Assembly (NCBI RefSeq): GCF_004010195.1
Contig: NC_057718.1
Coordinates: 36,192,501 to 36,256,500, forward strand
DNA: 64,000 nt
Reading direction: 5' to 3'
From: Chiloscyllium plagiosum
Taxonomy: Eukaryota
Each line of letters starts with the position of its first letter. Position 1 is the first letter of the stretch. Shown here piece after piece: positions 25,082 to 36,512 of this stretch. Below the pieces are notes generated by a model. It did no database searches and was not told the DNA's origin. It saw only the letters and a program-made list of their open reading frames with translations. The position numbers and the translations under genes are program-made.

Positions 25082-25759
25082 TGTGGAACTCACAATCCCC
25101 GATTGCAATAGTTGTTTTGGCAACAGGGTTCAAATCCTGCCATATGATTTTGAATTCAATAAAAATTTGGAATTGAATTTGATGATGATCATAATACATT
25201 GCCCATTGTCAAATGGTAGAAAAACCAATAGGTTCACTAATGCCCTTCAGTGCGGCTACGCATTACTTTGTGAATGCAAGACCAGTATTATTCTGTGCAG
25301 GCTTATCCAATACCTACAAGAGTCTACCCTTATCGATTCGGAGCCTTCTTGTGAAGGAGTGGCAGTGTCGCTACTCTTAGACTGAGAGGCCTGGGTTCAA
25401 GTCCTATCTGCTTCAGAGGTGTGTAATAACATCTCTGAATAGTGTGATTAGGAAAGATAAGTTAAATAGGGAAAAAAGACAGGTATTACTATTCTGTGCT
25501 TAAATTGCCAGCTGACCCTGTATCCTAATTGGAGGCATCTTTTGTTCTAACTTCTACACAAATCTACTCACGTTATATTGATTGTTTCCTTTCCTCACTT
25601 CATCCCTGATTTGTATTATATCGATTTGCACTCAGACTTCATCAAGTGTAATCTAATTATTGGTTTTAGAAAAAGTCAGACCTGTATTTGCAGATCCATT
25701 ACTAATGTGGCCTCTTTCCACACCGTTAGAGGAATAAAGGAATCAGACAGGCCTAGATA

Positions 25760-26062
25760 ATTTGGCTCCTTGCGGCTGCTCTGTTCGCCATTCAATATGA
25801 TAGTGGCTGATCTCAGCTCGGCCTCAACTCTACTTTCCTGCCTGCCCCCATAACCCTTCAACCCATTACTAACTAAAAACCTGTCTATCTCTGTCCCAGT
25901 CTCTACTGCAGTCTGGAGTAGTGAATTCCACATATTCATGAAACTTTGAGTGAACTAATTCCTCCTCATCTGTTTTAAATCTGCCATCTCTTATCGTCAA
26001 ACTCTGACCTCTCATTCTAGATTGCCCTATAAAGGGAAACATCCACTCTATGTCTACCTATC
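25760..26062 (-). mobile_element. CR1 3' end
   Basis: WNSL.Q.AVE...EIDRFL motif. Confidence 0.75.
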
Positions 26063-27278
26063 CTGTTTTTACTTATTTACTTTTCCTGTTTCAGGAACCA
26101 GTATAAACCAACCATTAATTGACAGCCCAACTTTCTAACCAAGTTACAGCAGCCCCACCCACTAGAAGAACTTGTTTTTACTTTCCTTAGGCCTGAAAGA
26201 CAATTAAATGTTTACCCTCAAGTTAACCCCAATTAAACAGTTGATTATACGAATGAACTATCAGCAATTAGTACTGGATTTTAAGGTAAGAGGTTAGAAA
26301 TTAAACTCTCAATTTCGCAAAACTCCCAAGTTCTACTCTCAGCGCTTGCATACTGTCACAGATTAACCTTTGTCCCCATTGCCATTCTTCATCAAGGAGA
26401 TTTGGCAGTTTCCATTATCCTGGGAAATGTGAGTCTTGTTATTGCCAGAATAGTCAGGCCATGTGCATTTCTAACTTCAGTTCATGATGGGAGATCAGTA
26501 TTTATTCTCAGCTTCATTTTGGTGATGTAAAAGGGCTTTTATTTTGATCTTGAGATCTACCTGGAATAACATTTTAAAAACACTCAATGTGAATATTCAT
26601 AACAATATTTTTGCAAAATCGGTGAAGAATTATTCGCATTCTCAAGTGGGCGATCAGAAACAAACATTTGTGCCATTGGGTGTTACTTGATTAAAAGCTT
26701 TAATAGATGAGACAACTGTGAAGTTCAATTAAATACTGCATCTAATGGCATTAATCTTGAATGAAGCCAAAGGGAAGCCTAGAAGGGATTAAACACGTGG
26801 GTGAGAAATCAATGCAATATTAAAACACTCCACAATTTTTTCAGTGAATTAATGTAAAACTGGATAGTAAAGAAACATTGTAAGAAATTTCCATTAAAAG
26901 AAATCATAAAGGAAATGTAAACATCTTTTGCAGCTTTGCAGAACTGGATAACTTATCAGGAATTTGGGTGACTTTTCAGAAGCATAAAGCATAACTCTCA
27001 AGCCTATGCTTTTAAATTTGTATAAATTATAATGATATGGGAAAATGTTTTCAGTGTGGACTACGTACTGCCATAAAATTGTAATTCTGCTTTTTATAAA
27101 TATATTTACATTTTCATTACTTAGAGCTCCCAGGTGAGTTTTTTCCTCATACATTTTTCAGAAGAATAAACTCCTGCTATATGTTGGGATGCATATATAG
27201 ATGTATATAAGCAAATACATATTGCAATTTACGATTCACTTTCCATTGAAATCAACAAATCCATGGACTACAATAGAT

Positions 27279-27461
27279 TTAGGGTGTAGGTTTGCTCACT
27301 GAGCTGTAGCTAATAGAAAGCAGGAGACAACAGCTTCGCTTCACTTGGAGGTCGCCACTGATGACGTTACTTAGCCAGGTAATGAAACGTCTGGATATCA
27401 AACCTACAGCTTAGTGAGCAAACCTACACCCTAAACCTTAACCTGAGATACAAACCTTGCA
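27279..27461 (+). mobile_element. 183-bp PLE-type mini-element: inverted repeats around a hammerhead
   Basis: TSD ACTACAATAGAT at 27267-27278 and 27462-27473; 31-bp inverted repeats at 27279-27309 and 27404-27434. Confidence 0.85.
27355..27394 (+). ncRNA. Minimal type I hammerhead ribozyme
   Basis: CCA-CTGATGA-C-GTTAC ttagccag GTAAT-GAAA-C-GTC-TGG: stem I CCA/TGG, stem II, full core, GUC cleavage triplet, palindromic ACGT in place of stem III. Confidence 0.8.
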
Positions 27462-27751
27462 ACTACAATAGATATTTTTCTACAATGGGATCTCTGCCCA
27501 CAGTGGTTCAATGGAGTTAACTACACTTGGGATTGTTTAATTGGAAAATGATCTTGACAGACTTAGTGAAGATAGGAGGAAGAAGGACAAGGTACTGCAA
27601 TTTGTTTTCACACTATCAGCAGTACTGCCCAAATTCAGAACATGCCATTAATTTATACCTCTGCCCTCCCTCTGGAGGCTGACTGGAAGGGTATCAGGAC
27701 AGGCAAGCAAAGGTGAAAAGATCAGTTGGCTGAGAAGAAGGCCCAGAGAAA

Positions 27752-27878
27752 CTAGATGAAGGGCTTACACCTGAAACATCGACTCTCCTGCTCTTCAGCT
27801 GCAGCCTGACCTGCTGTGCTTTCCCAGCACCACATTCTTACTCTGATCTCCAGCATCCGTAGTCCTCACTTTCACCTC
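27752..27878 (+). mobile_element. Decayed PLE terminal fragment
   Basis: GATGAAGGGCTTACACCTGAAACATCGACTCTCC...CTCACTTTC, same family as 2456 and 30501. Confidence 0.75.
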
Positions 27879-28870
27879 AGAGACTGAATAAACTTTTGAC
27901 TTCTTTGATTAATTGAACACAAGATCCAATTATCAACACAGCTTAATAAAAAATAGTTTCCTAACATCTCCAATACTTACTCTGGAAATTCTCACAGACA
28001 TCCACAAAATAAGATTATTTTTGGAGATCAAGGATAACTGATGATGTTCTTCTATACGCTAATAATTACATAATCTCAGCTCCCTTTTGTTCAATGTTTC
28101 CCTACTCTTTAGTTTTTTTACATTATCAACATGTTACATTGGTCTAGTGTGAGTTTACAGCTAATTAGGATCTGATGAAATTCCCTAATTTCACAATGGC
28201 TTTTAAATTGCAAATCGGTTCTTAATTAGGCAGAAACCTGGTTTCGACAAAGTTTAAAAAAATTGTTTCACTAAGACTTAATAAAATTTGCTTTTGCTTA
28301 CATTGACTTTGATAAGTGCTTCCTTTTCTGTGTCATAACAAACACAGATTTAGATTGGTTTATTCTTTTTTGTTTCTAAAGACTGCAAATCAATGCATAT
28401 TCCAGTTTGGGTGATACATATATTTAAGGATAAGGCTGAACCGTAGCTTTAGAAGGCTTTTGATAGCTATCAATTGATTGTTTTCACATTGGATCTCACT
28501 TCGCAAATCATTCAAAGTATCACAAATGAATCCATTCTAATTCTAAGCATCCCTATGGAGCTGTTTACCTTCAGACTGACAGCAAACAGTTGAACCCACT
28601 AGCAGCTCAAATTGGATATTTGAATGGGCCCACTTATAACTTTCTGACCACTTATTGACAAAGTTTATGGAACATTTGATTTGTGCTGTGAGTGGCAGTT
28701 GCTTCCAACATGTTTACTTGTTAACTACATATTCAGGTTGTTAAAATTTAACTCTGTCTTCTTGATGGAAAGTGGATATGTAGGTAATTAAAATCAGCCA
28801 TACTTTAAATTCAAATTTTTTGAAGAAGGACTCTTGTCGTGCAGTGATCGTACCCCTAACTCTGAGCCAG

Positions 28871-29068
28871 TAAAATAAGTGGACAGAGGACCCTTTTCCC
28901 CTTTTGTTTACATGTGCACAGTACACTGGCTGTAACCAGTCCCTGAACTGAGGAGATTCTGCATTCCCTGTTTATATCTGTCAGCCAGGGCTTCCTGATT
29001 AGCCCAGGTTAAAAACCCCAATCAAGGATCTCATGGTCAACGAGATCCATGTGGTTCTAATCACTACA
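28871..29068 (-). mobile_element. Solo LTR, same family, inserted in an old SINE
   Basis: Minus strand starts TGTAGTGATTAGAACC; flanks GCCAG/GCCAT. Confidence 0.7.
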
Positions 29069-29754
29069 GCCATGAAGCCAAGATTTAAGTCCCACCAGCT
29101 CCAGAGGTGTGTCATTACAACATATTTGGATGTGGGATCCATTTATAAAATTTCAAACAACTTGGCAGGGCTTGTCCATTTACCTGCAGGCTGGTGAAGC
29201 CTTTTGCTACATATTATGATGGAATGTGTGAGATTTATATCTTATATAGATTGGATTTCAAACTTGTGGTTATTTGAGTTTTGATTACTTTTGGTAAAGT
29301 TTTTTTTTAAAAAGGTCCAGGAAATCCTTCTGAAACCATCACTGTGGCTTAATTCAGTGTGTTCCAGGAAGCAAATGATCCTTTCTCCTTCTCCTGGAGT
29401 GTTAATGGGGGATTGTTTGTTTATACTGTGGGGTTTAAACAGGAAGCAATTATTCAAAAGCATTAGTGTGCTTTTTTTGATTGAGGATAGTCAAGGATTG
29501 ATTTTAGCTTCAAAATATCCTTCCGATTGAATACTTTCAGTGCAGCTTTAGAGCAGACGAGGTTAAGATCAGAGGCAAATGTGGATTCTCTTCAAGAAAG
29601 GTCACTTCAGTGAAAGCATAGTTACCCTAATATAAAAGTTTAGCATGTGAAATTTCCAGGCTAGGAGAGTTGGTTAGAAATTGGTAGATTATTAAAGGAC
29701 TGACTAACTTTATACTTCCTTGTTTTGTGATTATTCATGTAAAAAGGCCTCACA

Positions 29755-30220
29755 GTTATAGAGTCAGAGCCATATAGCATTGAAATAGACCTTCAGTTCA
29801 ACCAGTCCATGCTGACCATAATCTCAAACTAAACTAGTATCTCTGGCTTGTGTTTGGCCCATATCCCTATGAATATTTACTATGTAAGTACTTACCCAAA
29901 TGTCTTTTAAACGTCGTAACAGTACCTGCATCCACCACTTTCTCTGGCAGTTCATTCCACATATTAACCACTCACTGTGTAAAAAAGATTGCCCCTCATG
30001 TCCTTTTTAAAACTTGCTCCACTCACTTTAAAAAATGCCCTCTAGTTTTGAACTCACCCACCCAAGGGAAAAGACCCCTGTTTTCACCTTATCCATGTCT
30101 CCCATGATTTTATAAACCTCTATAAGGTCACCCCTCAATCTCTTACACTCGAATGTGAAAAGCCCCAGTCTATCCAGCCTCTCCTTTATAACTCAAACAC
30201 TCCATTCCTGGCAACATTCC
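29755..30220 (-). mobile_element. CR1 3' fragment
   Basis: TCTATAAGGTCACCCCTCA, GGCAGTTCATTCCAC motifs and tail. Confidence 0.85.
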
Positions 30221-30500
30221 CAGGGAGCAACTGGAGAAAAGCAGTTAAGACAAACCTAGAGATCTAAAATAGAAGGATAATTTCTTTGGAGAACATGTAT
30301 GGCTTTGTTTTGAGGTGTACTTTAAGATCCATCAAACACGTTGGATCATCAAGCTCCATATTTTACCAGTTTGACTTGCTTTTTCTCTTGTTTTTCTTTG
30401 ATGTACATTTGTTTTATTATTAAGGAAAATCTGTATTTCTGTGGGCCTATGTTTCAATGAATGACCACCACTTTAGACAAAAGACACTATATATGATATG

Positions 30501-30706
30501 GGATGGAAATGTGTTGCTGGAAAAGCGCAGCAGGTCAGGCAGCATCCAGGGAACAGGAGAATTGACGTTTCGGGCATTAGCCCTTCTTTAGCTAATGCCC
30601 GAAACGTCGATTCTCCTGTTCCCTGGATGCTGCCTGACCTGCTGCGCTTTTCCAGCAACACATTTCCATCTCTGATCTCCAGCATCTGCAGACCTCACTT
30701 TCTCCT
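30501..30706. mobile_element. Fold-back Penelope-like insertion
   Basis: ~80-bp near-perfect inverted arms; 16-bp TSD CACTATATATGATATG at 30485-30500 and 30707-30722. Confidence 0.9.
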
Positions 30707-30916
30707 CACTATATATGATATGATCTATCAAGCCAGATTTCATTCTGGGATTTGACTTGTCCAGTCATTAAGTTAAATCTTACCAGAAATTGTGTCATTT
30801 TGGCATGTTTCATGGAGGATTTCACTCCGTTTAGCTTCCAATAATCTCTCAATGATCCCAACTGCTTTTTAACTAACTCCTTAACCCATTGTAGAGGTTG
30901 CAAAACCCGTATTTAC

Positions 30917-30977
30917 CTGTTTGTATTTCCTTATAGGTGACAAATGATTTAAGTGAGTGAAATTTTTCCCAATTCAT
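30917..30977 (-). CDS. Candidate exon of an unidentified host gene
   Basis: Acceptor TTTTGTTTTCCCTGTCTACAAG, single open frame MNWEKFHSLKSFVTYKEIQT, donor CAG|GTAAAT. Confidence 0.28.
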
Positions 30978-33900
30978 CTTGTAGACAGGGAAAACAAAAT
31001 TAATGTCTCATGGGCTCTGTTTACCATTTAAGGTTGAAGAATATTCCTGTGTTTACAGCAAACATCAACAATTGCAAATATCTCCTGGGGGCAAACTATA
31101 AAAGTAAATGGGTTCCTCTCTGTGGCCTTTTCACAGAGTTTAGTTAATTTAGGCAATTATACATTGTTGTTTATTTGTTGGTTTAGTTTCAAGTTTGATT
31201 TAATTAAACTTTACTTCATTATGTGTACACACTGTGTCCTGTCATTTGTGAACAGTAATTGCTGTACATTGTTGCAATTTTAGCAAAGGAAAATAACCAG
31301 AATATTTTCACTTAACTGTTCAAATCAATGTGAATCTATGATCTTGGCCAGCAGTCAAATAGTAATGGTTCCCTTGGCTCATCACACAGACAACAGGAGG
31401 AGGCTAGGTTCTTTGCGCGTACACATTACATGAAAAGAACATTCGGTATGGGAAGCTGAATTAGTTAGAATGGTGCCTTCAAATACCCCTTAGATGTTAT
31501 TTCCAATAGTTTGCTAGCAAGCAATTAACATTATAAGCTCCCTAATACAAATGTGCAAGAGTCTAGTACTCCTCGGCCAGATGTGGGTAATTATATTAGC
31601 AATAATCAGTGAATACAATATTCCATGTAATGTATTACTTGTCCACACTGGCAGGAAATTCCTGCTTTTGATCCCTGATTAATGCTGCATTGGGTCATTC
31701 TGTCTGATGGTATTGATACCGAACTACATAATGATCTTGGAAATGCTAGTTATTATTCAGTGCCTGCTGAACACTGCTGAACACATGTAGCTTTCAGCTA
31801 AAGGCACGATTGGGCTCATTGCGTTTTCCCAAATGTGCTCAGCACTTATCCCATCTAACCCCACATATTTGCATGTTTAATCATCAACAAAACCATTTCT
31901 GATTGTAGTTGTCTATCTTTCATTTTCAGTCTTGCAATTTTCATTCAAGGGCTTGAAATATTCAACAAAAAGATTTTGATTATAGATGACTTGTCAACCA
32001 AAAAATTTACCATTAAATTTGGCATGTCCAGGGATTTGATAAATAACCCCTCAAAATAAGATATTTGAATATAGATATTCTTGAGTCTGAAAGTTAGGTG
32101 CTGTAATAGATAACAGACTTAAGATCAAGAGTATATTGCCTGACCACTATTACTGGTCTTGATTGTAAGATGGGATCACAATGATCTTGAGACATTTAAT
32201 TTCAGTAGTTCCAAATTATTTCAAAGGAAAAGCCTCTTGGCTTCAGAATAGATATAACCTGACCCTGAAGAGAAATGACTAATAGTCATTGATTAGCTTT
32301 CTTTGAAAATCTGAAAACAATTGACTTGTTATCTTTCCCATCATTGCTGAGCGTACTATAGCCAGACAGTTCATTACTGCAAAAAATGCACAACAGTATT
32401 TGATAATTATTTTTGCAGGATATTGTTCTTATCATTAGTTCAGTTTTCATTTCAGCTGTGGAATACTAATCACTCAACTATTTTATGGTGCAGTTTTATG
32501 CCCGTGAGTTTGGGCTCAAGACAGAATAGCTGAGGAGAAGGCAAGGTCAATATCTGCCTTACATTTCGGACTCATTTATAAATAGCATCTTACTGTTAAA
32601 GCTAAATACGACTGTGCATCATATTCAAAGATATACCAAGATCTAATCTTACTGCTGCAATTTTTGAAAGACCATTCCATAAGCTTGATCACCAAATGTT
32701 AGTTGGTCTATTCTCTCTGCACATGTTCTCACATGGCTTGACTTCAGCTCTCCCTATTTTTCCTGTTTCCTCTCCTCTTAACTCCACCCACACTGTCCTA
32801 ATTATGCCTGGTGAGAAGCAGCTGTGACATCATAACAAGGTTTCTTCAGGATTTCTAAAGCCCTTACACAACATCCTTCCCCAACCCCACTCCTCCATTT
32901 TCATGAATATTGATTAACATTTATCAATGGTCTCAAAGAGTTACCTATATTGTTTCTTTTTACAACATTTATCATGTTTCTTTTCCTTCCATCTCCAGCT
33001 CCTCCCCAAGTCATTTGTATTGGTAGGTGGGTCAGGAAAGTTTTTCTGCAACCTTGGGGATTGGTTCAAGAGATTCCCAGATCAGTCCTGCATCCATTCC
33101 ATGCATGCCTTACTCTTGCTTCCATTCTGCCCTTGCCCTGCTAACTGCCACTTTCTTTCAGCTTTGCTTCCTTCCTGTTCTGCTTACTGCCTCACTCCTG
33201 CCCCTTTTCTGCTGTGCTTTTGACCTCCTTGTTGGCTCATTGCAGCTTCCAATCTACTCCCATCCTTCTCACTGCCTCACTCATATTTCAAGTTTACTCC
33301 CATGCTGTTTTCTGCCTCACTCCCACACCCCCTTCCCTTCTGCTCCTACTCTATTCGTTGCACACTCTTGTCCAATTTTCCCTCTGCTCTCATCAAATAC
33401 ATTGCCTCATCATTGCCCTGCTGGGATTCTGATGGAGATACTGGCTGGTGATCAAGGGAAGGGACTGAGAGGGGATGGGGTAGGTGATGAGGGAAAGCCC
33501 TGAGATTGGGGATTAGACTGGTGATCTGGTGTAGAAACTGGCTGAAGATCAGAGACAGACTTGGTGAGTTGAAGGGAAAAGACCGGCAGGGAATGTGGTG
33601 ACAGACTCATCTAGAGAACAGAGAGAAACTAGTTGGGGACTGGGGAAGAGACTTGCTGCAGATCAGATGAAATAATGGCTAGGAATCATAGAAATACTGA
33701 CTCATTTACTCATACTAACAATGAGTAGTTATCTATTTTCTTTTCAATCTGCTCAGAGATGTCAAGTTAGTCAGTTTTTTTTACTGTCTACTGAATTCTG
33801 TTAAATCAAAGATCTAGCAATATTTAACCACACACTTAGACAGGTATTACGAACCAAGGCAATTGGTAAAAGGCAGTGGTACTTTGTAGCATATGATTGG

Positions 33901-35596
33901 TGCTTAATTTTGTTCAGTTGAATGGGGGATTCCTGTGGCAAAGATGATAACTGAGTAGGTTGGAACAATGAGATCTGTTGCTAGTAGTTGCAATAGATAA
34001 GAGCTTGAGTTGCCTCTAAAAGAGGGGATTGGTATTGAAATCAAGTTGCTCAGTTCCTAGCGTATATATAGATAGTCAATGAAGCTATCCACTCTTTCGG
34101 GCTTGGTATGTTATTGAAGCATGATTTCACTAGTGTCCAATTTTCCTTAAAGTGAAAGAGTTAAGAGGTTGTAAAATGCAGTTTGTTTCTCGAGCTAATA
34201 TCTATATAGTCCATGATCTAACGCTCTTCCCGTATAGTTGAGACATGCGCTAGGTTGTTCTAATCTAATTTAATATCCAATCCTGAAGTTGTGCAAAATA
34301 TTAGGAATTGTGCTTTCCAAATTTGCTAATTTATTGAACTATGAAATGGATTTGATAGTTTGAATTTTTTGGTGGAAAGTTTGTTGCCTTGGCTGATTGT
34401 TGATAGGCATTTGAAATTTTTGATTGTTGTCTTGATCTCGATGATCCTTGTTAGGATCTTGATCTCCTTACATCATGGTTGTTTAGTTGCCTTGTGGCAT
34501 TCACAGTTGATTAAAGTTGCTGAATTCTTGGTGTTGTAAAAATTAATGTTGTACTGCTAAAACTGAAAGTTGTTAAAGTCCTTGCTATTCTAAATGCTGT
34601 TTTCAAAGCTAAGTTTGGTATTCCTTTGCCAACATGGTATCTACACAGAGATGATTGAAGATGGTTCTTTTCCAAGACGACTTAAGGGTTTCTAAATGAT
34701 CTGTGGTTAGAAATATTCTCAAAATGTCATTATTGATTTACTGTGTCAAAGATGGCTACAATGATGTCATTCAAATTAATTTTTTGAGGTGTTCTCAGGC
34801 CAAATTTGACACTGCTTAATCAGATTCAACCTGATTTTCTTTATTTCTGATATTTGTAAAGCTATTAAAATCAATCAAGCTCCTTAGTTGCTCTATAAAA
34901 GTTGCGTTTTTCTCAATTTGTCAAAATAATTCCAATAAATGACTTTTCTTCCTGATCTTTTCACTTGATTTACTTTAAGTCTGTTTTGAAACATGTTTCT
35001 TACTTGTTGGTTGTTAACTTTGTCATCAAGTAGACAGATCAGTAATCATTAAAACACTTGGCGTCTTTACTCTGTTTTCCAGCCTAACTTCCCAGTTGAA
35101 ACATTTTTTTTATTGTCAATAGATCATATCTGTTTTGGGCAAAAGTAATCAGCTTCTTCATGGGTGCTGAATCCAGATTTATTTCCTTGGCCAGTATTGG
35201 GCTTTTAATGCTCTTGCTGCTTTTGGGGGCTTGTTTCCCTATATAGACTGTTTAGGCTTTTATTTAGATGTACAACTACTCAGATATATAGTTATTTCAG
35301 GCATTTTCTTTTCAAGGATTTCTTTTCCTTCATAGCAGCTGTTCAGCTCTGTTGTTTTCCTGCCTGCTATCTGGCCTTAAAGCCAACCTAATGATCTTTT
35401 GGGGAAAAAATTGAGGTCTTCTCTTCATGCACTCTCAGGTCTATTTTTTCTGTTGCTCCTCTTTTTTTTAAGTAATGACGTAATATTTGCTTTATTGCAA
35501 TCTGAAGGAATTATTGCAGCATCTAAGGAATTTGGAAGGTGATTAGCAATGCATCAACTAGCCACTTCCTTCAACACTCTGGAATGTATTCTAACA

Positions 35597-35893
35597 GGGT
35601 GGCACAGTGGCTCAGTGGTTAGCACTGCTGCCTCACAGCACCAGGGACCCAGGTTTGATCCCAGCCTCGGGTAACTGTCACATTCTCCCTGTGTCTGTAT
35701 AGGTTTCCTCTGGGTGCTCTGGTTTCCAAAGATGCCCTGGTCAGGTGAATTGGTCATGCTAAAATTGCCTGTTGAGTTAGGTGCATTAGTTAAGAGGAAT
35801 GGGTCTGGGTGGGTTACTCTTTGGAGAGTTGCTGAGGAGTAGTTGGGCCGAATGGCCTGTTTTCACACTGTAGGGAATTAAATTTAAATTTAA
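35597..35893 (+). mobile_element. HE1-type SINE
   Basis: tRNA-like head, CR1-like 3' end GGCCTGTTTTCACACTGTA. Confidence 0.88.
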
Positions 35894-36512
35894 TAAAGGT
35901 CCCAGGAATATACCAACTCCCAAACTCATTAATTTCTCCAACACAACTTTCTTACTATTGCTAACTTTCTTCAACTCCTAATTTCCCCTAATTACTTGAA
36001 TCTCTAATTATGGGAGATTTCTTGTCTCTTCCTCGATGAAAACCAATACAAAGCAATCATTTAGATTCTCCACTATTTTTCTATTCCCCATTATAAATTC
36101 TTCTGATCATAATTTTAATGTATCCACATACATCTTAGCCAATTGTGTTCTTTCCATGACCCTGTGAAAGATGTTACAGTATATTTTTATGTTTTTTTTT
36201 GCCAGACGTATTTGTATTCTACTTTTTCTTTCCCTTTTAGTTTCTTGAACCTTCTTTACTATATTCTAAACAAAAAAATCCTAATCTTCAGATTTATTAC
36301 TATTTCTGGCCACTTTATTGGCTTTTTAAAATATCTGATATAATCCTCAACTTCCTTTGTCAGCATTGGTTAGTTGACATTTTTTGAGTACCTTCCCTTG
36401 AAGGAGTGCACAGTTGTTGTTAGCCATGTAATAGTTCTTTAAACACTGACTGTCTGTTGCCAATGTATAGTCATGCTTTTTAATGTATTTCCCCAATCCA
36501 GCTCAGTCAACT

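Noticed and set aside
26496..26560. Possible terminal exon on minus strand (VDLKIKIKALLHHQNEAENKY*)
   Set aside because: Two alternative short frames, no recognisable homology.
30501..30706. MITE or pre-miRNA interpretation of the hairpins
   Set aside because: Arms are PLE terminal sequence, asymmetric, with variable long TSDs, unlike DNA-transposon MITEs.
32927..33503. ORFs in pyrimidine-rich tract (also 51400-51620)
   Set aside because: Low-complexity sequence with no recognisable domain.
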